A stretch of DNA of 32,000 nt, taken from assembly GCA_000091165.1 (NCBI GenBank), contig FP565575.1, forward strand, positions 2,160,001-2,192,000, given 5' to 3'. This document shows, piece by piece, positions 1-7,490 of this stretch. The notes below the pieces were generated by a model that saw only the letters and a program-made list of their open reading frames with translations, was not told the DNA's origin and did not search any database. Both the position numbers and the translations under genes were made by a program. This stretch comes from Candidatus Methylomirabilis oxygeniifera (GTDB lineage Bacteria; Methylomirabilota; Methylomirabilia; Methylomirabilales; Methylomirabilaceae). How positions within the stretch are numbered: position 1 is the first letter of the stretch; every line of letters starts with the position of its first letter.

Positions 1-136
1 ATCTTGCCGATCTGGAAGCTATCGGGGAAGACTGACCACTTGAAGGTGGGCGTGCCAAACATCGGGCTGGACACGGATGCGCAGAACGGCGTCCACGCAC
101 TTATCAGCTCGGTTGTTCGAGGCCAGTCGGTCCACG

Positions 137-167
137 CAATTACTGGCAGATAGACTGCTCGCCCCAA
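137..167 (+). repeat. Direct repeat copy 1 (CAATTACTGGCAGATAGACTGCTCGCCCCAA)
   Basis: 27 of 31 positions identical to 1201-1231 in the same orientation. Confidence 0.7.
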
Positions 168-282
168 CCTGGCCAAGGACGCGGCAACCCAAATCATGCA
201 TGGCGTGTCACTGTCCATAGCAGGTGAGCTCGATTGGGATGCCGCAGCCTTCGCCGCGCCAATCGTCGTGAGGTGAAACACT

Positions 283-582
283 ATGTCGAGAATGTCTAAG
301 CGGCCCAGTGTCCGCATGCCTACTGCGGAAGAGGACACAATCATTACTGCGGCAGCCAAACGCGACCCCGACGCACAACCCCTTACGTCAAAGCAGTTGC
401 AGGCCATGGTGCCGCTGAAAGCCCTGCGTGGTCGGCCGAAATCTGCGCACAAGAAGCTGCTCGTGTCCGTGCGCTACAGCCCCGAGGTTGTCGCCTACTT
501 CAAATCCACCGGAGAAGGGTGGCAGTCGCTCATGGACAGCGTACTTCGGAAATACGTGGCACGCCATTCGCGTCACGCGTAA
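283..582 (+). CDS. BrnA-family (COG3514-like) type II antitoxin, no intact partner toxin upstream
   Basis: 99-aa ORF. The C-terminal half (GRPKSAHKKLLVSVRYSPEVVAYFKSTGEGWQSLMDSVLRKYV) fits the conserved BrnA pattern GRPK..V(S/T).R....V..FK..G.GWQ(S/T)..N..LR.YV. GAGGTGA Shine-Dalgarno about 7 nt upstream. Confidence 0.7.
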   Translation: MSRMSKRPSVRMPTAEEDTIITAAAKRDPDAQPLTSKQLQAMVPLKALRGRPKSAHKKLLVSVRYSPEVVAYFKSTGEGWQSLMDSVLRKYVARHSRHA

Positions 583-692
583 GCAATGGGCTGAACCTAA
601 CGGTTGATCGGACAGCCGCAAGCGCAGGTTGCGATTCTGTCCGGCACGACGGGTCACTTGAGAGATACAGTACTGAACAGGAGGGTGTGGTC

Positions 693-1103
693 ATGAGTAT
701 TGCAGTCGAATTGCCGAGCTTGGCACACGTCATCACGCGTTACCGCTTCGCGTACCTGATGACGACCAGCGCCACGGGCGCGCCGCATGCGGTTGCGGTA
801 GCCGCGGTGCTGCAAGGCGGAGACCTGGTCGTGAACGGGATCGGTCGCCGCAGCCGCGAGAACGCGCTGGCGCGGCCGGCCGTCGGCCTGGTCTGGCCGC
901 CGCAATCCGAAGCGGACTACTCGCTGATCATTGACGGGCAGGCCGCCGTGACCGGCGAATCGCTTCGGATCACGCCGACGCGCGCGGTACTCCATCGTTC
1001 GGCGCGGTCTTCCGAGCCCGTTGTGTCGGGGGCCTGCGAATCCGATTGCGTGGAGATCGATCTGAGCATCTCGTCCGACAGGCCGATGGCGCGGGGAATA
1101 TGA
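693..1103 (+). CDS. Pyridoxamine 5'-phosphate oxidase-like (split-barrel FMN/F420-binding) family protein
   Basis: Internal ATG of ORF 519..1103, preceded by AGGAGG 8 nt upstream. 136 aa, with beta-rich PPOX-like sequence (YLMTTSATGAPHAVAVAAV..GGDLVV, LVWPP, YSLIIDG). Family call is by resemblance only. Confidence 0.55.
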   Translation: MSIAVELPSLAHVITRYRFAYLMTTSATGAPHAVAVAAVLQGGDLVVNGIGRRSRENALARPAVGLVWPPQSEADYSLIIDGQAAVTGESLRITPTRAVLHRSARSSEPVVSGACESDCVEIDLSISSDRPMARGI

Positions 1104-1200
1104 ATCGGTAGCCACTACACGTGCCGGCTCACCCGTCGTCCGAACCGACGCCACTGCGCGGCGCGGCGCAACTTTGTCGTTTGAGGCTGGTCAGTCTAAA

Positions 1201-1231
1201 CAATTACTGCCAGATATAACGCTCGCCCCAA
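1201..1231 (+). repeat. Direct repeat copy 2 (CAATTACTGCCAGATATAACGCTCGCCCCAA)
   Basis: 27 of 31 identical to 137-167. Ends 6 nt from the CBS gene stop codon (1238-1240). Confidence 0.7.
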
Positions 1232-1237
1232 TGACCT

Positions 1238-1651
1238 TTACGAAGCCTCCTCCAGATCGATCAGGGCCCGGATAATATCGGTTTCCGTGATGATGCCGAC
1301 CAGCTTCGACTCCTTAACAACCGGGAGCGCCCCGATCCTCCTGTTCAGGAGCAGCCGGGCAGCATCCGCGATAGGCGTTTCCGGCGTAACCGTGACCACC
1401 TTCTTGGTCATGATCTCCTTTACCTTCAATTTTTCAAGCAGGTAGTGCACCTCGTAGATGGACAGGCTTGTAGCAGGAGAGGGGCGCGCAAGTCGAAAGT
1501 CCCGATCGGTGACAATCCCCAGTAGCTTGCTGTTATCGGTCACCAGTAGATGTCGAATCCCCTTTTTCTTCATCATGTACAGCGACGCATTGGCCCGTTC
1601 ATCTGGACCGACCGTCACCAGCTTGGTCTGCATATACCGTTTTACCAGCAT
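1238..1651 (-). CDS. CBS-pair domain protein
   Basis: 137 aa with two CBS motifs (MQTKLVTVGPD...GIRHLLVTDNSKLLGIVTDRD; IMTKKVVTVTPETPI...RRIGALPVVKESKLVGIITETDI). Confidence 0.9.
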   Translation of the reverse strand: MLVKRYMQTKLVTVGPDERANASLYMMKKKGIRHLLVTDNSKLLGIVTDRDFRLARPSPATSLSIYEVHYLLEKLKVKEIMTKKVVTVTPETPIADAARLLLNRRIGALPVVKESKLVGIITETDIIRALIDLEEAS

Positions 1652-1711
1652 CGCTTCTCCTTTACATTGAGACGGTTCTCATCGCTATCCTGCTCGCATT
1701 CATCTCTGAGC

Positions 1712-3325
1712 TTATCTGCCCCGTAGGCGACGAACGATGGCACCCAGGCGCTGCATCGCGGCCGAGTAGGTCCCTGGCGGGATCATCGCATCGATCAGGA
1801 TTGTGGCTGCGACATCCAGCGCCTCCACTAAGGCCCGCTCAAGCTCCTCGGCTGTGCGAACGCGAACGGCGCGAGCCCCAAGGCTTTCGGCCAGCCGCAC
1901 ATAGTCGGGGGTCGGCAGGTCGTACGATCGAGCGGGTCCATCCATCGCGGCCAGCATGCCATGGCTGTGATTGTTAAAGAGGATGACAATGGCGTGCAGG
2001 TTCAGCCGTACGCATGTCACCAGGTCTAAGCCGGTCATAAGGAAGGCGCCATCGCCCACCAGGGCCACAGGCCGCCGGCTCGGTTCGGCTAAGCCTGCGC
2101 CGATGGCCGCCGGCACCGCAAAGCCCATGCTGGAGTAATAGCCTGGCCCCAGGAACATATCCGTCTCCAACTCTACGCTCGCGAAGAGCGCATCGCCGAC
2201 ATCAGCGGCGTACAGGACCGGCCGGTCGGCCGCCACCCGATTGAGTACGGCAATAATAGCATCCGGCGTCAGCGTCCCGGCCGTGGACGGTTGAGGCGGC
2301 ATCGGCGGCGGAAGCGGCTCCACACGCTTCGGCGCCTCCGGCAGGGCAAGGAGCGCATCCATCAGTTCCTCCAGGCTCACATCCGGGAACCGGTGGTAGC
2401 TGACCGTGACACCCTCATGGACGGCCGAGATGACCTTGCGCCGATCAAACCGGGCCGTATACATGCCGGTGTTGACGTCGGTCATGAGGGCACCGAGCAT
2501 CAGGACACAGTCGGCCGTCTCCAGCACCTTGCGGGCCCGGGGCGACCCGATTTCGCCGAGATAGTTGCCTGCGAAGAGGGGATGCCGTTCCGGGAAGACT
2601 GCCTTGCCGTCCAGGGACGTGGCCACCGGCAGCTCGTACTTTTCCGCGAGCGCCACCAGCTTGTTGTGGAGCCGAAAGCGGCGGATCTCGGCGCCCGCAT
2701 AGATGGCCGGCAATTCGGCCACCCGGATGCGAGCCAGTACCTCGGCCAGTGCCTCATTGGCGGCGCGCTCATCTCGTGGTCGGACTTCCGGCTCACGTCT
2801 GGCAGGTACGGGCACGTCCGCCCGAATCATGTCCCGCGGGATCTCGATGTAGCCGGGACGCTTCGTGCGGAGGATACTGTCGATCACACGGTCCACCTCA
2901 GCAATGGCATGGGCCGGGTCATCGAGGGCCGTAGCGACGCCGGTGACCTCGCGGTAGACGCGGAGTTGGCTCTCGAAGTTTTTGACCCGGTGATGTAGGA
3001 GGGCATCGGGATCGCGATGGGCGATCTCCGGCGCGCCGGACAGGACGAGCACGGGCGATCGCTCGGCGTAGGCCTGCGCAGTCGCGTTCACCATATTGAG
3101 GGCGCCGGCGCCCCAGGTCACTGCCGCCACGCCCAGCCCCTGGACCCGCGCATAGGCGTCCGCCGCATACCCCACGGCCGGCTCATGGGTGAGGATCACC
3201 GGCTCGATCCCGGGCTCCTCCTCCAGAGCCCGGAAGAAGGGCAGGAAAAAATCACCCGGTAGGCCAAACACATGCCGTACCCCGGCTTCCTTAAATCGCT
3301 TAAACAGATACCGGCTCAGTTCCAT
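1712..3325 (-). CDS. Thiamine-pyrophosphate-dependent 2-oxoacid decarboxylase family enzyme (IpdC/PDC-like)
   Basis: 537 aa. N-terminal TPP pyrimidine-binding domain (HVFGLPGDFFLPFF...HEPAVGYAADAYAR) and C-terminal TPP motif (GDGAFLMTGLDL...NN). Substrate cannot be inferred. Confidence 0.8.
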   Translation of the reverse strand: MELSRYLFKRFKEAGVRHVFGLPGDFFLPFFRALEEEPGIEPVILTHEPAVGYAADAYARVQGLGVAAVTWGAGALNMVNATAQAYAERSPVLVLSGAPEIAHRDPDALLHHRVKNFESQLRVYREVTGVATALDDPAHAIAEVDRVIDSILRTKRPGYIEIPRDMIRADVPVPARREPEVRPRDERAANEALAEVLARIRVAELPAIYAGAEIRRFRLHNKLVALAEKYELPVATSLDGKAVFPERHPLFAGNYLGEIGSPRARKVLETADCVLMLGALMTDVNTGMYTARFDRRKVISAVHEGVTVSYHRFPDVSLEELMDALLALPEAPKRVEPLPPPMPPQPSTAGTLTPDAIIAVLNRVAADRPVLYAADVGDALFASVELETDMFLGPGYYSSMGFAVPAAIGAGLAEPSRRPVALVGDGAFLMTGLDLVTCVRLNLHAIVILFNNHSHGMLAAMDGPARSYDLPTPDYVRLAESLGARAVRVRTAEELERALVEALDVAATILIDAMIPPGTYSAAMQRLGAIVRRLRGR

Positions 3326-3450
3326 GTCTTACCTTTTAACTCACAGCTATCGCGCGCGTCAACCCTGGTATTCTTCAGCCGCTACAATGATGGTTACAGC
3401 CTCGACACGCGTGATCGTTACTCGGAGGAACAGATCCAACGCCATCACTG

Positions 3451-4749
3451 TCACGTCGGGATCTCTTGCGTCCGCCCGCCGGCGAGCAGATGCCATGGCA
3501 CGGCAATGATCTTCTCGTCCAGATAGTGTACGTCATCACCAGAATGAATCAAGACACCCGCTACTGTTTCCGGATATTCATCCAAAAACAGTCGTAGCCC
3601 TGCTGCATCGGTGTAGCGCGGGACAGCGCCAAGCTTGACCTCCACCGCTACCAACTTTCGCCCCTGTTCAATGACAAAGTCGATCTCTTTTCCGGTCACC
3701 GTCCGCCAATAGTACAGGTGCGGCCTGGGCACCAGCAATTGCATGAGCGCCCGCAGATGCAGCAGGATCAACGTCTCGAAGATGGCTCCCGCCTCTCGGG
3801 AGGCGTACAGGGCTTCAGCCTCGTGATGACCCGAAAGGTACGCCGCCAGCCCTGGGTCAACCCAATAGATCTTCGGAGACTTCATGATCCGCTTCGTACG
3901 ATTGCGGGCAAATGCAGGCAGCCGCTCCAGCAGGCCGGTGGTCTCAAGCAGGTTGATATAGCGGTGCACGGTAGGCTGGCTCATCCCGATATCCCGAGCA
4001 ACTTCAGTCTGATTAAGAACCTGACCGCTGCGCAGGGCAAGGGCTTGCATAAGCCGCCGGAAATCCGGTAACGCTTCGATCTGCGATACCTGGCGTAAGT
4101 CCCGCTCCAGATACGTCGTCACATAGCCTTCCCACCAGCGGATCCATGTCTGAGGTTGGGAAAGGGTCAATAGCGGAGGCATGCATCCGCGCAGCATGAG
4201 CGTCGGCAACTCCTCAGGCAATCGTTCGGTCCGCCTCTCGCCCGGCATCTTGCCCTTCAGTAGATTGAGGAGGAGGTTCGACGCCGGTCCTCCACGCATC
4301 TCTCCGAGAGCCATAGGGAGCAGGGACAAATACAGGGCACGGCCGGCCAGACTTTCACTGACTTGACGCATGAGAAGGAGATTGGCCGAACCGGAAAGGA
4401 CGAAGCGTACCCTCCTGTGACGTCGGTCGACAGCCTGCTTTACAGCAGAGAGCATAGCCGGCGCCTTCTGCACCTCATCCAGGACCACCTGCTCTACCCC
4501 AGCCCAAAGGGCGGAGGGGTCCATCCTGGCTTGACGTAACACATCGAGGTCATCGAGACTGATATAGCGCCAGTGGGAGAAGGGTGTTTCGTGCTGTAGG
4601 AAAGTGCTCTTACCGACCTGCCTGGCACCCGACAGGACGACCACAGGGTGATCGGTGACGCCAGATTGCACGACGGGAGCGATCCAGCGCGGTCTATATT
4701 GAAATTCAAGCTCTGAATGTATATCATTCATATCATGAATGATATACAT
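3451..4749 (-). CDS. AAA+ ATPase with wHTH and C-terminal PD-(D/E)xK-like DUF4143 domain (COG1373-type)
   Basis: Walker A GARQVGKST and Walker B VVLDEVQ. wHTH is QTEVARDIGMSQPTVHRYINLLETTGLL. Nuclease-like motif is GKEIDFVIE...LVAVEVK. The start may be ATG 4749 or ATG 4731; both lie inside the 39-bp palindrome. Confidence 0.85.
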   Translation of the reverse strand: MYIIHDMNDIHSELEFQYRPRWIAPVVQSGVTDHPVVVLSGARQVGKSTFLQHETPFSHWRYISLDDLDVLRQARMDPSALWAGVEQVVLDEVQKAPAMLSAVKQAVDRRHRRVRFVLSGSANLLLMRQVSESLAGRALYLSLLPMALGEMRGGPASNLLLNLLKGKMPGERRTERLPEELPTLMLRGCMPPLLTLSQPQTWIRWWEGYVTTYLERDLRQVSQIEALPDFRRLMQALALRSGQVLNQTEVARDIGMSQPTVHRYINLLETTGLLERLPAFARNRTKRIMKSPKIYWVDPGLAAYLSGHHEAEALYASREAGAIFETLILLHLRALMQLLVPRPHLYYWRTVTGKEIDFVIEQGRKLVAVEVKLGAVPRYTDAAGLRLFLDEYPETVAGVLIHSGDDVHYLDEKIIAVPWHLLAGGRTQEIPT

Positions 4750-4752
4750 TCA
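4714..4752. repeat. 39-bp perfect AT-rich palindrome (18-bp arms, 3-nt spacer) at the DUF71/AAA-ATPase gene junction
   Basis: TGAATGTATATCATTCAT-ATC-ATGAATGATATACATTCA. Contains the DUF71 stop codon (4750-4752) and both candidate ATPase start codons. About 9 of 39 bases are G/C, in a GC-rich context. Confidence 0.9.
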
Positions 4753-5466
4753 GATAATACTTGTCAAGCCGTTCGCCCCGTCGCCGTCGGTTCCCGGTAC
4801 CAGGTCCGCAAAGACGAAGCCGTCACGGGTGACCACCTCTCCGAGGCTGACCGGGATCGGACGGGCGAACATCGGCCCTGCGCAGGCGAAGGTGTGAAAC
4901 TCCCCCCGCTCGCCACAGGGATCGACCTCACCGGGCAATTCATCCAGCAGGGCGCCATCGAACGAGCGTCCTGCATACGAGGGGGAGAGCCTCTTCAGAT
5001 CGACGCACGTGATCCGAGCCCCGAGACCAGCGCTCACCATCTCGCGGGCAAGGGTTCGCGTCGGTCGGCCCCAGAGTGGAAACAGGGGCGCAAGCCCGGT
5101 TCCCCGCATCCGACTCTCGCGATACTGCCGAACGTCCTCAAGGAAGAGATCGCCGAAGGCGACATGTGTAATCTTGAGCTGTGTGCGGGCATCGGCCAGG
5201 GCACGGCCCATCGCCTCCTCATAGGCCGCATTCGAGCAGGGCCAGGGCAGTGGCACATCGACAAGCGGGAGATCCGCGGCCCGTGCCTGCGCCTCGACCA
5301 GCCCTCGCCGCACGGCGTGCATGGCCACCCGGTCGAACGCCTCGTTGAAGGTCGTGAGCAGCCCCACCACCTCTACCTCACCCGCCTCCCGCAGGACCTG
5401 GAGCGCCCACGCCGAGTCCTTCCCGCTGCTCCAGGCGATCAAAACACGAGACGGGTTATTGCCCAT
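4750..5466 (-). CDS. DUF71 / MJ0570-Dph6-like PP-loop ATP pyrophosphatase (adenine nucleotide alpha-hydrolase superfamily)
   Basis: Start taken at internal ATG (MGNNPSRVLIAWSSGKDSAWAL). Has the PP-loop SGKDS motif and C-terminal GERGEFHTFACAGPMF typical of the family. The 31-aa upstream extension in the ORF track looks non-coding. Confidence 0.75.
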   Translation of the reverse strand: MGNNPSRVLIAWSSGKDSAWALQVLREAGEVEVVGLLTTFNEAFDRVAMHAVRRGLVEAQARAADLPLVDVPLPWPCSNAAYEEAMGRALADARTQLKITHVAFGDLFLEDVRQYRESRMRGTGLAPLFPLWGRPTRTLAREMVSAGLGARITCVDLKRLSPSYAGRSFDGALLDELPGEVDPCGERGEFHTFACAGPMFARPIPVSLGEVVTRDGFVFADLVPGTDGDGANGLTSII

Positions 5467-5590
5467 AGGCGTAAGATCCGAAGAGGATAATCTTCTGTGG
5501 AGCGTACTCTGCGACAAGCCGTCTGACAATCTCTTGGATGACAGCCCGGATAGCAGCATTTCTGTTCATGACACGATGCCTCTGGGAGGT

Positions 5591-5989
5591 TCAGAGCCAC
5601 AAAACCTTGATGTCCTTCTCGACCGACTTGAACTCGGGATCACCGGTGTAGAGATCGGCTTTCTTTTGTCTTGCCAGGGCAGCAGCAAAGCAATCGGCCA
5701 GCGACATTTTTCTTATTGCCTTGATCTCTCCGGCCAATTCAGCGAGTGGTTGGTCCGCCGGAACAACTTCGAGCGGGAGGCCGAGCAGTTTGTGTTGGAC
5801 CTCGCTCCATCGCCCTGCCCCGACTTTTCGCTCCACCATGTATCTGACCTCCGCCCAGTTCGGCGCCGCAATGAAAAGAACCTGGTCGGTCTGGGCGGCC
5901 TTTTCCAGAAGATCGAGGATCTTCTCGTAACCTCTCTCCTTGAATAGGAAAGCAAGCACCGCGTAGCTATCAAGTACGGACCTTTTCAA
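5591..5989 (-). CDS. vapC: PIN-domain toxin, VapC family
   Basis: 132 aa with N-terminal VLDSYAVLAFL acidic motif and C-terminal ADCFAAALA...LYTGDPEF. Overlaps the upstream antitoxin gene by 20 nt. Confidence 0.85.
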   Translation of the reverse strand: MKRSVLDSYAVLAFLFKERGYEKILDLLEKAAQTDQVLFIAAPNWAEVRYMVERKVGAGRWSEVQHKLLGLPLEVVPADQPLAELAGEIKAIRKMSLADCFAAALARQKKADLYTGDPEFKSVEKDIKVLWL

Positions 5990-6230
5990 CGTCGGCTTCC
6001 TCGCGCCTCTTGTCCATAGCCCGCTCCTTCAGCAGCTCTTCAGTTACGGACGTCTCGCTTTTGAGCATGCCACAGACGCTCCGAATATGTTCTGGTGTAA
6101 CAGGCTGAAACACGATTTCGCTCTCGCGCTCGATGAAGCAGATCTTTGTACCAGGCTTGATACCATACTTACGGCGCAGCCGAGACGGGACAACAAGTTG
6201 CCCCTTGCTTGTTACATGTGCGACTTCCAT
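5970..6230 (-). CDS. vapB: AbrB/SpoVT/MazE-fold antitoxin, VapB
   Basis: Internal ATG preceded by GGAGGAG 8 nt upstream. MEVAHVTSKGQLVVPSRLRRKYGIKPG is a swapped-hairpin AbrB-type DNA-binding motif. 86 aa. Confidence 0.85.
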   Translation of the reverse strand: MEVAHVTSKGQLVVPSRLRRKYGIKPGTKICFIERESEIVFQPVTPEHIRSVCGMLKSETSVTEELLKERAMDKRREEADVEKVRT

Positions 6231-6244
6231 TGCTGAACTCCTCC

Positions 6245-6292
6245 ACAATATATTGTATGTCTTACTATATATATATCGTAAGGCATTGTCAA
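6245..6292 (-). promoter_or_regulatory. Sigma70-type promoter of vapBC with two palindromic candidate operators
   Basis: On the minus strand: TTGACA (6287-6292), 17-nt spacer, TATAGT (6264-6269). Perfect 12-bp palindrome ACAATATATTGT (6245-6256) lies between -10 and the SD. Near-palindrome CTTAC(TA)nCGTAAG (6261-6282) spans the -10. Confidence 0.55.
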
Positions 6293-6356
6293 TAATACCT
6301 TTCATTTCGATATCAGAGACAGGAAGTTGTTAACACCAAGAAAGTCCCTCTTGCGA

Positions 6357-6523
6357 GTCATTGCGAGTATCCCATCCAGCGTTCGCTGACCCGTAGGTGG
6401 CAGAAACTTAGCCAGTTTCTGAGTAGGAGCATAGCGACTGAAGCAAACTCACAGTCGTTGGAATGCGTGGCTTCCGGAAAGAACGGTGAGATTGCCGCGC
6501 TTCCGTTGGTCGCTCGCAATGAC
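6357..6523. repeat. Inverted 11-nt repeat GTCATTGCGAG / CTCGCAATGAC enclosing further stem-loops, in a 290-bp non-coding gap
   Basis: Arms at 6357-6367 and 6513-6523. Internal hairpins are CAGAAACT-TAGCC-AGTTTCTG (6401-6421) and CGACTG-11 nt-CAGTCG (6435-6457). The right copy translates as ...EIAALPLVARNDG, a motif typical of spurious ORFs seeded by a dispersed repeat. Confidence 0.6.
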
Positions 6524-6596
6524 GGAGCGGTGAATTCAACGCCTGCGTTGCGGATTTTCATGTCCATGGACGTGCTGCAGGTGCATGATGATCTCT

Positions 6597-7475
6597 TTAT
6601 AGAGTGCGAGGCCACTGCAACCCCTCGAGGCCGATCTGGCCGCACTTTGTGCCGGCCAGGCGGCAGGCGTGCGACAGGGCCTCGGCCAACCCACGACCCT
6701 TCAGATAGGCATCGATCAGCCCGGCGTTGAAGGTATCACCTGCGCCCAGGGTGTCTTTGATTTCGATCGGGGGATAAGCCGGGCTGTGTTGGATCTCGCC
6801 TTGACGGTCGAGACCGTAGGCCCCCTCTTTACCCCATGTGACGATCAGGTCCGCCTGCGGCGCCTGCTCCCGTATCGTGGACAGGAAAGGGCGGGGCACG
6901 TCGAATCCCAGGTGGCCGGCATAGGCGCGTGAGAAGATCAGCACCGTCGCGTCTGCGAAGATCGCTTCGATCCCGGGACGCGGCTTCTCCACCTCCACCG
7001 AACATGGCAGGCCTGGACAACTCTCGCGGACACGGCGTACCATGCGGGTGGCCTCTGATGCATCGCGGCCCTCAAAGTGGACCCAGTCGAACGGCGTCAG
7101 ATCAATTCGCCGGAAGTCGTCATCACCGTACTCAGGCAGCTCCCGATGGTGCACGATGGTGCGCGTGCCGCCTTCGAGACTCAACAGAACGCATGAGGTC
7201 GGCGGTCGGCCGCGAACATAGCGGCAAGCAGTGAGGTCGATGCGATGGCGGACCAAGTGGTCAATGATAGGAGTGGCCTCGGAGTCATCCGCCAACACGC
7301 CGCCAAAGGCGCACGCGTGACCCAGTTGACTGAGGACAACCAGGGTATTGGCGGCATTGCCGCCCGGGCAGATGCGGAGCCCCTTGGCGCGAAGCTCGGC
7401 ATCCTCATCAGGGTAGTGCGCGACGGTGAAAATAAGGTCAAGCGTCACACCGCCGATAGCCAGGATCCGCGCCAT
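6597..7475 (-). CDS. PfkB-family sugar kinase, ketohexokinase-like
   Basis: 292 aa from the ATG preceded by GGAGG. Strong resemblance to ketohexokinase blocks (GGNAANT, HFEGRDASE, VEVEKPR, DTLGAGDTFNAG). The upstream ATG at 7502 lies inside a heptad repeat element and lacks an SD. Confidence 0.85.
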   Translation of the reverse strand: MARILAIGGVTLDLIFTVAHYPDEDAELRAKGLRICPGGNAANTLVVLSQLGHACAFGGVLADDSEATPIIDHLVRHRIDLTACRYVRGRPPTSCVLLSLEGGTRTIVHHRELPEYGDDDFRRIDLTPFDWVHFEGRDASEATRMVRRVRESCPGLPCSVEVEKPRPGIEAIFADATVLIFSRAYAGHLGFDVPRPFLSTIREQAPQADLIVTWGKEGAYGLDRQGEIQHSPAYPPIEIKDTLGAGDTFNAGLIDAYLKGRGLAEALSHACRLAGTKCGQIGLEGLQWPRTL

Positions 7476-7490
7476 GTGAACCTCCAGTGA

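Noticed and set aside
1-153. Open frame-1 segment running in from the left edge (ILPIWKLSGKTDHLKVGVPNIGLDTDAQNGVHALISSVVRGQSVHAITGR-stop), and the 60-aa minus-strand ORF 19..201
   Set aside because: No recognisable family, no way to see a start, and the two overlap each other. Too little sequence to call either.
2291-2998. 235-aa plus-strand ORF
   Set aside because: Lies entirely antisense within the well-supported TPP-enzyme gene. Arg/His/Gly-rich low-complexity translation typical of antisense frames in GC-rich DNA.
4717-5490. 257-aa plus-strand ORF starting MYIIHIMNDIHS, nearly identical to the N-terminus of the minus-strand ATPase
   Set aside because: The shared peptide is a mirror artefact of the 39-bp palindrome. 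The rest is antisense to the DUF71 gene and low-complexity.
6358-6730. ORFs 6358..6645 (minus, 95 aa) and 6458..6730 (plus, 90 aa)
   Set aside because: They overlap each other in a repeat- and hairpin-rich gap. The plus ORF carries the ...LPLVARNDG repeat-derived motif and runs antisense into the kinase gene. No SD sequences.
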